Shown here: positions 39,330 to 48,212 of the stretch, piece after piece
Numbering within the stretch: the first letter of the stretch is position 1
Layout: each line of letters opens with the position of its first letter
DNA from: Methylococcaceae bacterium UBA7658
GTDB taxonomy: Bacteria > Pseudomonadota > Gammaproteobacteria > Methylococcales > Methylomonadaceae
Direction of reading: 5' to 3'
NCBI GenBank assembly: GCA_002483425.1
Contig: DLHW01000071.1
Location: 29,163-93,162, forward strand
DNA: 64,000 nucleotides
The notes under the pieces: model-generated
What the model was told of the DNA's origin: nothing
The model's input: the letters and a program-made list of their open reading frames with translations, nothing else
Database searches by the model: none
Made by a program: the position numbers and the translations under genes

Positions 39330-41108
39330 CTAACCGTTCCAGCCGGATAACCATTCATTGAACCATTCCGCCGGTTTAATATTTAACCAATGGCCGAGGT
39401 TATAGCGCAAATCAGTATACGAAAGCCTCGCGATAGCGTTTTCATCGATTGTTATCATCGAATCCGGAGTTCCTTTATAAACAATACCGACCCCATGATC
39501 GCAGTCCAATACCGCCGCAAATAAATCCGGTCTGAACGCCCTTAAATGGATAATCGTTTTATAGACGTCTCCCGTCCAGTTGCCGGTAAAGCCCGGCGTA
39601 ACGCGCGCAAGCTCAAGCGACGGCTCGGCCTCCGCTTCCGAGGCAGGTAAACAGTCGTGCATAACAATGACACCGTTGGGTCTCAAATAACGCAAGCAAT
39701 TTTCGACATCTTTCAGCGCTTGCTCGTAGGTGTGCAATCCGTCGATTAAAGCAATATCAATGCCGCCATCTTTGACATCTTTTGGGGGTGAACGAAAAAA
39801 ATCGTCGCTCGTTATTTCAAAAAACCGGTGCCCCGGAAAATTATTATTACCGCACGGAGTTTTTAACGCCGGATCGACAGCGAGTTTATCCTGAATATCG
39901 ATTTGAAATAGGTTGATTCCGCGTTCGACGCCGATTTCTAAATAACGCTTATAGGCTTTTAAATCAATCAGGTTTTGAATGACAGTGGTACGTTCGATTA
40001 CCCCCGTCTTTAACTTGTTGTGCAATAAAGCGCGAAAACCGGCTTCGGCTTTTGCTTGTTCGCCGCTCTTCCACAACGTCAGATAACCGTTCGTTTTATG
40101 CAACTCAACCTTGGGATCTTTAATACTGAGTTGCTCCAAAACGGCAAGCATCAACGCCGGAAAATTTTGGCTGCCTGCTAAAGATGCGATCTTTTTTAAT
40201 TGCGGAACTTCAGCCGGTAATAATTGCGCATAAACTGTTCGATGTTGCGGCGGCAATGCTTCAAAAACCTTACCCGCTAGTTCTACACTGGCGGCGGCTA
40301 ACGGTCCCGCGCCAAGGAGGGCAACCGTATGCTCGGCAGCGGCAAGCCATGCTTCCTCGTTGGAGAGAATCTCAACCATACGTTGTCTTAATCCGATATT
40401 ATTCTGACATCTTTCAATTCCAAGACGGTAAACCATAAACAACTGATCTTCTTTGCCGCGGTTTGTCAATTGCTCAGCTAAATTGATATAGTATTCAGGA
40501 CTTTGCGGCTTGTTTTTAAGCGCGTTGAAATAGATAGTAAAGGCAACATCTTTACTCGATTGGCTTGGGAATGAATTATTATCGCCTTCGATCAGCGGCT
40601 TCTGAAAAACTGCAAACGTATCTTGCCACTCGCCGAAGCCGATATCGCAAAATATCTCGATAGCCGAAAAACCGGACGTCCGTGCCAACGCTCGCATGCT
40701 ATCCGGATAGAAGCGCCAGCAATCGACCGGAAACCGGTGTTCTTTTCCGGAAGAAGGCACGATAAGACAAAATAAGCCGCCCGGTTTAAGCACACGGTAG
40801 ATTTCGGAAAAAGTCTGCCAAGGAAACTCGATATGTTCCAACGCTTGACCCGACACAGCAACGTCAAAACACGCATCTTCGAGCGAATTCCAGACATAGG
40901 GATTATCGACGAGGATATCGACATTGTTACCGGGTTCTATGTCCAAACCTTGATAACGCCAGCGAGGATTTTGAAAATGTTCGCGATAGGTTTTGTGGCC
41001 CAATACCGATTGCGCGCCAATATCGGCAATATTGAGTTCGGCGTCTTTATACGGACTAAGATACGTCGTTACAAAACCGCGCATTTTGTTATAAGAAGTT
41101 TCGTGCAT
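39330..41108 (-). CDS. Two-domain class I SAM-dependent methyltransferase (Methyltransf_11-like N-domain, helical linker, Methyltransf_24-like C-domain)
   Basis: 592 aa. N-domain DIGAQ...LDIEPG...VLKPGGLFCLIVP. C-domain YLEIGVERG...IDGLHTYEQALKDVENCLRYLRPNGVIVMHD. Confidence 0.65.
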   Translation of the reverse strand: MHETSYNKMRGFVTTYLSPYKDAELNIADIGAQSVLGHKTYREHFQNPRWRYQGLDIEPGNNVDILVDNPYVWNSLEDACFDVAVSGQALEHIEFPWQTFSEIYRVLKPGGLFCLIVPSSGKEHRFPVDCWRFYPDSMRALARTSGFSAIEIFCDIGFGEWQDTFAVFQKPLIEGDNNSFPSQSSKDVAFTIYFNALKNKPQSPEYYINLAEQLTNRGKEDQLFMVYRLGIERCQNNIGLRQRMVEILSNEEAWLAAAEHTVALLGAGPLAAASVELAGKVFEALPPQHRTVYAQLLPAEVPQLKKIASLAGSQNFPALMLAVLEQLSIKDPKVELHKTNGYLTLWKSGEQAKAEAGFRALLHNKLKTGVIERTTVIQNLIDLKAYKRYLEIGVERGINLFQIDIQDKLAVDPALKTPCGNNNFPGHRFFEITSDDFFRSPPKDVKDGGIDIALIDGLHTYEQALKDVENCLRYLRPNGVIVMHDCLPASEAEAEPSLELARVTPGFTGNWTGDVYKTIIHLRAFRPDLFAAVLDCDHGVGIVYKGTPDSMITIDENAIARLSYTDLRYNLGHWLNIKPAEWFNEWLSGWNG

Positions 41109-41210
41109 AGTACGGAAATAAAAATATTAAAAGGGTGTTGGCTTCGATCCGGTTATAAAAACATCGGTTTGATGCTGAGTAGTATTAAAGTGTAGCTGCA
41201 AGAAAGCGGT

Positions 41211-43106
41211 TTATAAGACGTCTTTTGCGGCCGTCAAGCGTTCTTCCGCTTCCATCCAATCGGCTTCCGCCGCGTCGAGAGCTTTATCGATTTCGGCTTT
41301 ACGCACCAGCAACTGTTTTAGATGGTCTTTTTTCGATTCGGCGTAGAGCGCGGGATCGGTCAATTCAGTTTCTAACCGGCGTTGCTCGTTGTGGTAAAGC
41401 TCAACCGCTTGTTCGGCTTTTTTGAGTGCATCCAACAACGGCTTGTGTTTTTGCCGGTGTTCGGCATCCAGCTTGCGCTGCTCTTTGCGAGACAAAACAG
41501 CAACCGCTTCATCCTGAGTTTTGTCTTCGGCCCTCTTACGTTCCCCCAGCCAATTCCGGTAATCGTCGAGATCGCCGTCGAACGGCTGGACTTTGCCGTC
41601 AGCCACCAGCAAAAACCGGTCGGTAACGGTTCGCAGCAAGTGCCGGTCGTGCGAAATAAGCACAATAGCGCCTTCATAATCCTGTAATGCCACACTCAAG
41701 GCTTGGCGCATTTCCAAATCCAAATGGTTGGTCGGTTCGTCCAGTAATAAAAGGTTGGGGTTTTTATAAACCAGTAAGGCCAAAACTAACCGGGCTTTTT
41801 CCCCGCCGGAAAACGGCTTGACCGGTTCTAGCACCTTATCACCTCGGAAATCGAAACCGCCCAAAAAATTACGCAATTCTTTTTCGGTCGCGGTCGGGTC
41901 GAGTTTTTGCAGATGCCAAAGCGGGCTTTCCTCCAAGCGTAATTGCTCCAATTGATGCTGGGCGAAGTAACCGGCATTCAACGCCTCGGCTTCAAGCAGT
42001 GTTCCCAATAAAGGCGGCAACTCACCCGCCAAGACTTTTATCAAACTCGATTTGCCCGTCCCGTTTGAGCCCAGCAAACCGATCCGATCGCCGGGCGAAA
42101 TAGATAAATTGGCGTTTTTAATAATGGTGGCCTGTCCGTAGCCGATAGCCGCTTCTTCCAATTGAAGCAACGGGTTCGGCATTCGTCCGGGTGCAGGAAA
42201 ACTGAAATCGAACGGCGAATCGACATGCGCCATCGCAATGATTTCCATACGCTCCAGCGCCTTAATCCGGCTCTGTGCTTGCCGCGCCTTGGTGGCCTTG
42301 GCCTTAAAGCGATCGACGAAACTTTGAATATGAACGATTTCGCGTTGCTGTTTAAGGTAAGCGGCTTGTTGTTGCGCCAGTTTTTCCGCCCGCATTTTCT
42401 CGAACGCCGAATAATTGCCGGTGTAGATATCGGCTTTATTCTGCTCGATGTGAACGATATGGCTGGTTATCGTATCGAGAAAATCCCGGTCATGCGAAAT
42501 CAACAGTAACGTGCCGTCGTATTTGCACAACCAATCTTGCAGCCAGATCACAGCGTCTAAATCCAGGTGATTGGTCGGCTCGTCCAGCATCAACACGTCG
42601 GAACGGCACATCAACGCCTGCGCCAGATTCAGCCGCATCCGCCAGCCGCCGGAAAAAGCATTCACCGGATTATGTTCCTGCTCCGCCATAAAGCCTAAGC
42701 CGTTCATCAAGCGCGCCGCTTTAGACTGGGCGGCATAACCGCCTATGGTTTCCAGGGCGGCATGGAGTTCGGCTTGTTTTAAGCCGTCATGAGCGGTTTC
42801 CGCAAGGGATAACTCTTGTTGCAAGCGCCGTAATTCTTTATCCCCATCCATCACATAATCGATTGCCGAACGCGGCACGGCCGGCGTTTCTTGCGCGACA
42901 TGGGCAATCTCCAAGCCGGGCGGCATGGAAAAATCGCCTTCGTCGGAATGCAGTTCAGTCCTGATTAAAGCAAATAAGCTGGATTTGCCAGCGCCGTTAG
43001 CGCCGGTAAAACCCACTTTTTGACCTTTATGAATAATGAATGAAGCATTGGAAAACAAAACCCTTGCGCCCCGGCGCAGAGCAATTTTATTAAAATTTAA
43101 CATCAA
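41211..43106 (-). CDS. yheS: ABC-F family ATPase, YheS-like
   Basis: 631 aa. Two ABC cassettes (GANGAGKSS; GSNGTGKSS), FSGGWRMRLNLAQAL, a KATKARQAQSRIKALERME linker and a C-terminal coiled coil. Collinear with E. coli YheS as I recall it. Confidence 0.8.
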   Translation of the reverse strand: MMLNFNKIALRRGARVLFSNASFIIHKGQKVGFTGANGAGKSSLFALIRTELHSDEGDFSMPPGLEIAHVAQETPAVPRSAIDYVMDGDKELRRLQQELSLAETAHDGLKQAELHAALETIGGYAAQSKAARLMNGLGFMAEQEHNPVNAFSGGWRMRLNLAQALMCRSDVLMLDEPTNHLDLDAVIWLQDWLCKYDGTLLLISHDRDFLDTITSHIVHIEQNKADIYTGNYSAFEKMRAEKLAQQQAAYLKQQREIVHIQSFVDRFKAKATKARQAQSRIKALERMEIIAMAHVDSPFDFSFPAPGRMPNPLLQLEEAAIGYGQATIIKNANLSISPGDRIGLLGSNGTGKSSLIKVLAGELPPLLGTLLEAEALNAGYFAQHQLEQLRLEESPLWHLQKLDPTATEKELRNFLGGFDFRGDKVLEPVKPFSGGEKARLVLALLVYKNPNLLLLDEPTNHLDLEMRQALSVALQDYEGAIVLISHDRHLLRTVTDRFLLVADGKVQPFDGDLDDYRNWLGERKRAEDKTQDEAVAVLSRKEQRKLDAEHRQKHKPLLDALKKAEQAVELYHNEQRRLETELTDPALYAESKKDHLKQLLVRKAEIDKALDAAEADWMEAEERLTAAKDVL

Positions 43107-43124
43107 TGAAAGACGATAATTAAA

Positions 43125-43436
43125 TTACGTTACAACGATTAATCGTTTATTATTACGAAAATAGATAGTTAGGCTTTTTACCTTATCATATTCAAAAGAC
43201 TTTAGCTTAGAAAAGACAGAACACTGAAGATAAGGCCGAACTTTTTTAACCGTATACTCGTAATGCACTGGGCCAGTAACTATTTTAAAGGGATTAAGGT
43301 AATTTGTCCTGGTGTTCGTTAATCGTAGAACAGACATCGGTCTATACGGTACCACTTTAAAAAAATGATTAAGACTCGCCAATATTGTCTGAACGGCTTT
43401 ATATTTCAGATCAAATAACCCTGCTTCCCAAACCAA
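43125..43436 (-). CDS. Hypothetical 103-aa protein, AT-rich orphan
   Basis: ORF only. 18 nt upstream of yheS on the same strand. No recognisable motif. Confidence 0.3.
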   Translation of the reverse strand: MVWEAGLFDLKYKAVQTILASLNHFFKVVPYRPMSVLRLTNTRTNYLNPFKIVTGPVHYEYTVKKVRPYLQCSVFSKLKSFEYDKVKSLTIYFRNNKRLIVVT

Positions 43437-43461
43437 TTAGCTTGATGATTTCAAAAGAATT

Positions 43462-43914
43462 ATGAGATGCCCTTTTTGCGCCGCGCAAGATACGCGGGTG
43501 ATCGACTCCCGGTTAGCAAACGAAGGCGATCATGTCAGACGACGGCGCGAGTGCATCGCCTGTAAGGAACGCTTCACCACCTTTGAAACCGCGGAGTTGA
43601 TTTTGCCGAGAGTCGTTAAGCGCAATGGTATCCGCGAACCTTTCGACGAAACCAAATTGCGTTCCGGCATGTTGCGCGCCTTGGAAAAACGCCCTGTCAG
43701 CAGCGACGCTATCGAAGCCGCTATTATCCGCATCAAAAAAGACTTATTGTCCAGTGGGGATCGGGAAGTGAAGGCGCAAGAACTCGGTGAAAAAGTAATG
43801 CAGGAATTAAAGCTTTTGGATCATGTCGCTTTCGTCCGGTTTGCGTCCGTGTACCGCAGCTTTCAGGATGTCAGCGAATTTACTGACATGATCCAGGATT
43901 TGCAAAAAAAGTAA
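43462..43914 (+). CDS. nrdR: Transcriptional repressor NrdR
   Basis: 150 aa. Zn-ribbon [17 protein letters not shown]...[12 protein letters not shown] plus an ATP-cone. Confidence 0.97.
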   Translation: MRCPFCAAQDTRVIDSRLANEGDHVRRRRECIACKERFTTFETAELILPRVVKRNGIREPFDETKLRSGMLRALEKRPVSSDAIEAAIIRIKKDLLSSGDREVKAQELGEKVMQELKLLDHVAFVRFASVYRSFQDVSEFTDMIQDLQKK

Positions 43915-43915
43915 G

Positions 43916-45109
43916 ATGCCGGCGCAGGATATTCAAGATGCCCGCTTCATGGCGCGGGCTTTATATTTGGCAAGGAAAGGCTTATACACCACCGATCCGA
44001 ATCCCCGAGTAGGCTGTGTGCTGGTCAAAGAAGGCAGGATTATCGGTGAAGGCTGGCACAAACGCGCAGGGCAACCCCATGCCGAAGTCGAAGCCTTAGC
44101 CAATGCGACAGAAGACACAACAGGTGCGACCTCTTATGTAACCTTAGAACCTTGCAGCCATCATGGACGGACACCGCCGTGTTGCGAAGCTTTAGTTAAA
44201 GCGGGTATCAACCGGGTGGTTGCCGCCATACAAGACCCTAACCCAAAAGTTGCGGGACAAGGTTTTGCCTATCTTAAAGCCGCAGGGATTGAAGTAAGTT
44301 GTGGCGTATTGAAAGCAGATGCGCTTGTATTAAATCGTGGCTTTATCTTACGGATGACCGAAAACCGCCCGTTTGTCCGCAGCAAACTGGCAATGAGCCT
44401 GGATGGTCGCACCGCAATGGCATCCGGCGAAAGCCAATGGATTACCTCATCAGAAGCCAGGGCGGATGTGCATCGCTTGCGGGCGCAAAGTTCGGCGATA
44501 TTGACTGGCGTCAATACCGTGCTTGCGGACGATCCCTCGTTAACTGCGCGGATAGAGCAAGATGTTGTCCAACCCATTCGGGTAGTGCTGGATTCCAACC
44601 TACAAATGCCGCCATCGGCGAAGATATTAACTTTGCCCGGACGAACACTTGTCTTGACTTGCAAGCAGATGCAAACAGAAAGCTCTTTGGATACGATTCC
44701 GTCCGTGGTTCAACAAGCTCACCACGAGCGAAATCAAAATAAAGCCGTTCGTCCTGATCTGGTTGAAAGGCGGTTCATTGCTTTACAAAATACAGGTGCA
44801 GAAATTTATCAATTGCCCGAAAAACAAGGTCGGCTTGACCTTGCCGAAGTGATGAAGTTTTTGGCCGGACAGGCAATCAATGAAATATTGGTTGAAGCGG
44901 GTGCGGTGTTGAATGGCGCGCTATTGGCTGAAAATCTGGTTGATGAATGGATTATCTACATGGCTCCGAAAATTTTAGGTGACCAAGGTAAGGGATTATT
45001 TCATTTGCCGAAGTTGGAGAAATTGGCCGATTGTAAAAACCTCAGAATAACTAATTTTCAACAAGTTGGAAAAGATATAAGATGGATTTGTAAATCAGAC
45101 AAGCAGTAG
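43916..45109 (+). CDS. ribD: Bifunctional riboflavin biosynthesis protein RibD (deaminase/reductase) with a ~30-aa insertion
   Basis: 397 aa. Deaminase motifs HAEVEAL and TLEPCSHHGRTPPCC. Reductase domain KLAMSLDGRTAMASGESQWITS. Contains an extra segment ...SVVQQAHHERNQNKAVRPDLVERR.... Confidence 0.95.
   Translation: MPAQDIQDARFMARALYLARKGLYTTDPNPRVGCVLVKEGRIIGEGWHKRAGQPHAEVEALANATEDTTGATSYVTLEPCSHHGRTPPCCEALVKAGINRVVAAIQDPNPKVAGQGFAYLKAAGIEVSCGVLKADALVLNRGFILRMTENRPFVRSKLAMSLDGRTAMASGESQWITSSEARADVHRLRAQSSAILTGVNTVLADDPSLTARIEQDVVQPIRVVLDSNLQMPPSAKILTLPGRTLVLTCKQMQTESSLDTIPSVVQQAHHERNQNKAVRPDLVERRFIALQNTGAEIYQLPEKQGRLDLAEVMKFLAGQAINEILVEAGAVLNGALLAENLVDEWIIYMAPKILGDQGKGLFHLPKLEKLADCKNLRITNFQQVGKDIRWICKSDKQ
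44708..44757 (-). repeat. Copy of the hairpin repeat element, embedded in frame in ribD
   Basis: The reverse complement reads TCAGGACGAACGG-CTTTATTT-TGATTTCGCTCGT-GGTGAGCTTGTTGAAC. Blocks of 13, 8 and 11 nt are identical to 20297-20363. Confidence 0.8.
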
Positions 45110-45168
45110 GAGATTATTTTTTTTGGATAGATTCCATTAGTTTTCCTTTATATGTAACAGAGGTGGTC

Positions 45169-46026
45169 ATGGATTTTATTAATGAAGAATTTGAAGCTTT
45201 TAAATCATCCGTAAATAGGATGCGTTGGTTTATCATTACTTCGGTTGTAATATCAGCTTTAATTTTAATTCATACCTATATAGAACAATTCAGTTTTCAA
45301 GAGCATCAGTTAGCATCGATTTATGGACACAGATTAGATGTTAAAACAAGTGACCTCCAAAATTGCAGAAAAGAGTTTATTAAAGCTCACGACTTAAAAA
45401 TAGCTCCTCCTGACAAATGCAGTAATGTATCAGAAAAAATATTAGAACAAATAAAAACAGGTAATATCGAAGATTTAAGAAAAAAATACTCAACATTGAA
45501 ATTCGAAATTAAACGAACTAATAATACACTTAGAAATACTGAACTTGGAAAAAGACAAATGCCTCTTTTGGGAATTGAAGTCCCAACAAATGATTTTTTG
45601 AATGTAATGTCATTAATGTCAACTGTTATTGTGGTAGGCGTTTGGGTGAATCTTCTAGGCGTTCATGCTTCATTGAATGCGTTAAAAAAGCATAATGAAC
45701 CAAAAATTATTGAATTAGCTCGTTTAAACACATTATTTTTAACACATTTAGAAACTGAAAGTGGTCAACTTTTAGCAAAAATAGTAAGGTTGATTGTAAT
45801 ATGGCTTCCATTTATTTCTATATTAACATCGGTGTTTATTTCCATTATGATGATTGTTATTGAAAAATATGTAAATAATGAGGAGTCATCTTTTTATGGA
45901 ACTTTAGGTTATGTGTTATTTAATGTTATTTTTATTTCTTTGGTTATTGGTGTTCATTTCTGGATCGCATTTGAATGTAGATATTTAATAAAAGATATTA
46001 ATAGTTTTTTTGACACAAAATCATAA
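45169..46026 (+). CDS. AT-rich orphan membrane protein (4 predicted TM helices) inserted between ribD and ribE
   Basis: 285 aa from the ATG preceded by GAGGTGG. TM1 ~aa 20-38, a ~100-aa charged/coiled region, then 3 further TM segments. Its G+C is far below that of the flanking genes. Confidence 0.6.
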   Translation: MDFINEEFEAFKSSVNRMRWFIITSVVISALILIHTYIEQFSFQEHQLASIYGHRLDVKTSDLQNCRKEFIKAHDLKIAPPDKCSNVSEKILEQIKTGNIEDLRKKYSTLKFEIKRTNNTLRNTELGKRQMPLLGIEVPTNDFLNVMSLMSTVIVVGVWVNLLGVHASLNALKKHNEPKIIELARLNTLFLTHLETESGQLLAKIVRLIVIWLPFISILTSVFISIMMIVIEKYVNNEESSFYGTLGYVLFNVIFISLVIGVHFWIAFECRYLIKDINSFFDTKS

Positions 46027-46040
46027 GATTACTCATTAAA

Positions 46041-46700
46041 ATGTTCACCGGAATAATCGCCGCCATCGGCAAAATTGCAAACTTAGAAAATAAAGGCGGT
46101 GACTGCCGCTTAACCATCAACACGGGAAAACTACCATTATCAGATACCCAACTAGGCGACAGCATCGCTGTTAACGGCGTGTGCTTGACGGCCATTGAAC
46201 TCAGTAAGCAGCATTTTTGCGCGGATGTTTCCAATGAAACCCTGTCCAGATCGACGTTAAAAAATGCCGTAGCCGGATCGCCCGTCAATCTGGAACTGGC
46301 GCTCAAGCCGACGACACGCATGGGTGGTCATATCGTCAGCGGTCATGTTGACGGCATCGGCGAACTTACCGAAATTGAACCGGATGCCCGTTCTGTCCGG
46401 CTGACGTTTAAAGCCCCCAGCGAGCTGGCAAAATACATCGCCGAAAAAGGCTCGATCTGTATTGACGGCATCAGCTTAACCGTGAATTCAGTCAATGGCC
46501 CTACGTTTAACGTCAATATTGTGCCGCATACCTTAAAAGAGACGACTTTGGCGGACATTAAAGTAGGCGATAAGGTGAATCTTGAGGTCGATTTATTGGC
46601 TCGTTATCTGGAACGCTTATTGTTGGGCGAAAAAGCCGCACACACCAAGTCTGTAATAACGGAGAAATTCTTACAAGACACCGGTTTTTTACCTGGTTAA
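46041..46700 (+). CDS. ribE: Riboflavin synthase (alpha chain; ribC in E. coli nomenclature)
   Basis: 219 aa. MFTGII...G motif. Internal duplication with the two GDSIAVNGVCLT / GSICIDGISLTV barrels. Confidence 0.95.
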   Translation: MFTGIIAAIGKIANLENKGGDCRLTINTGKLPLSDTQLGDSIAVNGVCLTAIELSKQHFCADVSNETLSRSTLKNAVAGSPVNLELALKPTTRMGGHIVSGHVDGIGELTEIEPDARSVRLTFKAPSELAKYIAEKGSICIDGISLTVNSVNGPTFNVNIVPHTLKETTLADIKVGDKVNLEVDLLARYLERLLLGEKAAHTKSVITEKFLQDTGFLPG

Positions 46701-46737
46701 TCGTTGGTTACCCAAAAAATTCGACTCATCAATCAAA

Positions 46738-47031
46738 ATGGACGACAAACTTCAAACTATCAGTTGCGACCGGCACAGCGAAACCCTTTGTGCTGTTGTT
46801 TGCCGTCATCTGGTAAATAGCAACGGTCATCCTTTAGGTTTTGTCGAGAACAGTTCCGAACCGGACGACTTGCAAGGCTGGTGCTACGCCTGCGAATATT
46901 TTTTTCAGCAACAAGACGAAATGACCGAGGAATTTAAGCGTTTTTGCGACATTGCCGTAGTCTGTATAAATTGTTATGCCGATATCAAAGCCAAACACAG
47001 CTTAAGCGCCTTGTTCGGTGCTAACGCCTGA
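46738..47031 (+). CDS. Cys-rich small protein, hypothetical (possible zinc-binding)
   Basis: 97 aa with 9 Cys in paired arrangements (SCDRH...CAVVCRH ... WCYACE ... FCDIAVVCINC). Ends 12 nt before the ribBA ATG 47044 (3 nt before the alternative TTG 47035). Confidence 0.5.
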   Translation: MDDKLQTISCDRHSETLCAVVCRHLVNSNGHPLGFVENSSEPDDLQGWCYACEYFFQQQDEMTEEFKRFCDIAVVCINCYADIKAKHSLSALFGANA

Positions 47032-47043
47032 TTTTTGAACATT

Positions 47044-48180
47044 ATGAATACGATCGAAGAAATTATCGAAGATTTACGCCAGGGCAAGATGGTCATCATC
47101 ATGGATGACGAAGACCGCGAAAATGAAGGTGATTTGGTCATGGCGGCGGCGTTTACCCGCCCGGAAGACATCAACTTTATGGCGCGGTACGGGCGTGGCT
47201 TGATTTGCTTAACATTAACCAGCGAGCGCTGCCAGCAATTGCGTTTGCCGTTAATGATTAATGAAAACAAGACCACACATTCGACTAATTTCACCGTATC
47301 TATTGAAGCCGCCACCGGCGTGACCACAGGTATTTCCGCGGCGGATCGCGCCCGTACCGTACAATGCGCGGTTGCAACCGCTGCCAAACCGGAAGACTTG
47401 GTGCAACCCGGCCACATCTTTCCCTTGATGGCGAAATCCGGCGGTGTCTTGAACCGGGCAGGACATACCGAAGCCGGTTGCGACCTCGCGCGGCTGGCAG
47501 GCGTAGAACCAGCCGCCGTCATCGTCGAAATCCTCAACGACGACGGCTCGATGGCGAGGAAACCCGATCTGGAAAAATTCGCCCAGCACCATAACCTAAA
47601 AATCGGTACAATCTCCGACCTGATTCATTACCGCATTCAGCATGAAAACACCCTGGAACGCATCAGCGAATGTTCATTCCCGACAGAATTCGGCGATTTC
47701 AAGCTATTTGCGTACCAAGACCGCAACGACAACAATTTGCACCTGGCCTTGGTGATGGGCAATGTTGCCGACGGCAAACCGGTTTTAGTCCGTGTTCACG
47801 CCCGTAATTTGATCGACGACGTATTTTCATCCAAACGTTCCGACCGCAGTATTCCGATGCGGGTTGCCATGCAAAAAATCGCCAAGGAGGGCCGCGGCGT
47901 ACTGGTCGTCATCCGGCAAAGCGAAAGCAACAAAAGCCTGGTGGAATTGATTCACCGCTACCAGCTTGAGGATAACGGTGTGTCGCCGCCAATACCTGAA
48001 GCCCCGGATTGGCGCATGACCGGTACAGGCGCGCGCATCTTGTCAGACCTTGGCGTCTATAAACTGAAAGTGCTGGGCGCACAGAAAAAATACGTCGGTC
48101 TCGCCGGTTTCGACATGGAGGTGACCGAGCATGTCAGCTGCGATGTTTGGGAAGAGCCGGAACCCGTTAAAATAGTTTAA
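47044..48180 (+). CDS. ribBA: 3,4-dihydroxy-2-butanone-4-phosphate synthase fused to a GTP cyclohydrolase II-like domain
   Basis: 378 aa. The DHBP synthase part is intact ([16 protein letters not shown]). The C-terminal GCHII-like part has [21 protein letters not shown] where the canonical enzyme has VRVHSECLTGD..S.RCDCG. Confidence 0.9.
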   Translation: MNTIEEIIEDLRQGKMVIIMDDEDRENEGDLVMAAAFTRPEDINFMARYGRGLICLTLTSERCQQLRLPLMINENKTTHSTNFTVSIEAATGVTTGISAADRARTVQCAVATAAKPEDLVQPGHIFPLMAKSGGVLNRAGHTEAGCDLARLAGVEPAAVIVEILNDDGSMARKPDLEKFAQHHNLKIGTISDLIHYRIQHENTLERISECSFPTEFGDFKLFAYQDRNDNNLHLALVMGNVADGKPVLVRVHARNLIDDVFSSKRSDRSIPMRVAMQKIAKEGRGVLVVIRQSESNKSLVELIHRYQLEDNGVSPPIPEAPDWRMTGTGARILSDLGVYKLKVLGAQKKYVGLAGFDMEVTEHVSCDVWEEPEPVKIV

Positions 48181-48212
48181 ATTTAAAATTCAAGAAATCA
48201 TTGAGAACAAGC

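Noticed and set aside
45111-46031. 6-bp direct repeat AGATTA at both borders of the AT-rich insert (45111-45116 and 46026-46031), as a possible target-site duplication.
   Set aside because: It is too short to be significant in AT-rich flanks, and there are no terminal inverted repeats or recombinase gene. I keep it only as a hint.
46701-47043. Looked for an FMN (RFN) riboswitch in front of ribBA, and for a TPP element before thiL.
   Set aside because: The space before ribBA is occupied by the Cys-rich ORF, with 37-nt and 3-12-nt gaps. The nusB-thiL spacer is explained by the relE remnant. I saw no RFN-like conserved core.
46974-47537. 187-aa minus-strand ORF and other ORFs overlapping ribBA.
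   Set aside because: It is antisense to a well-supported ribBA gene, and its Arg/Ala/Ser-rich sequence is that of a shadow frame.
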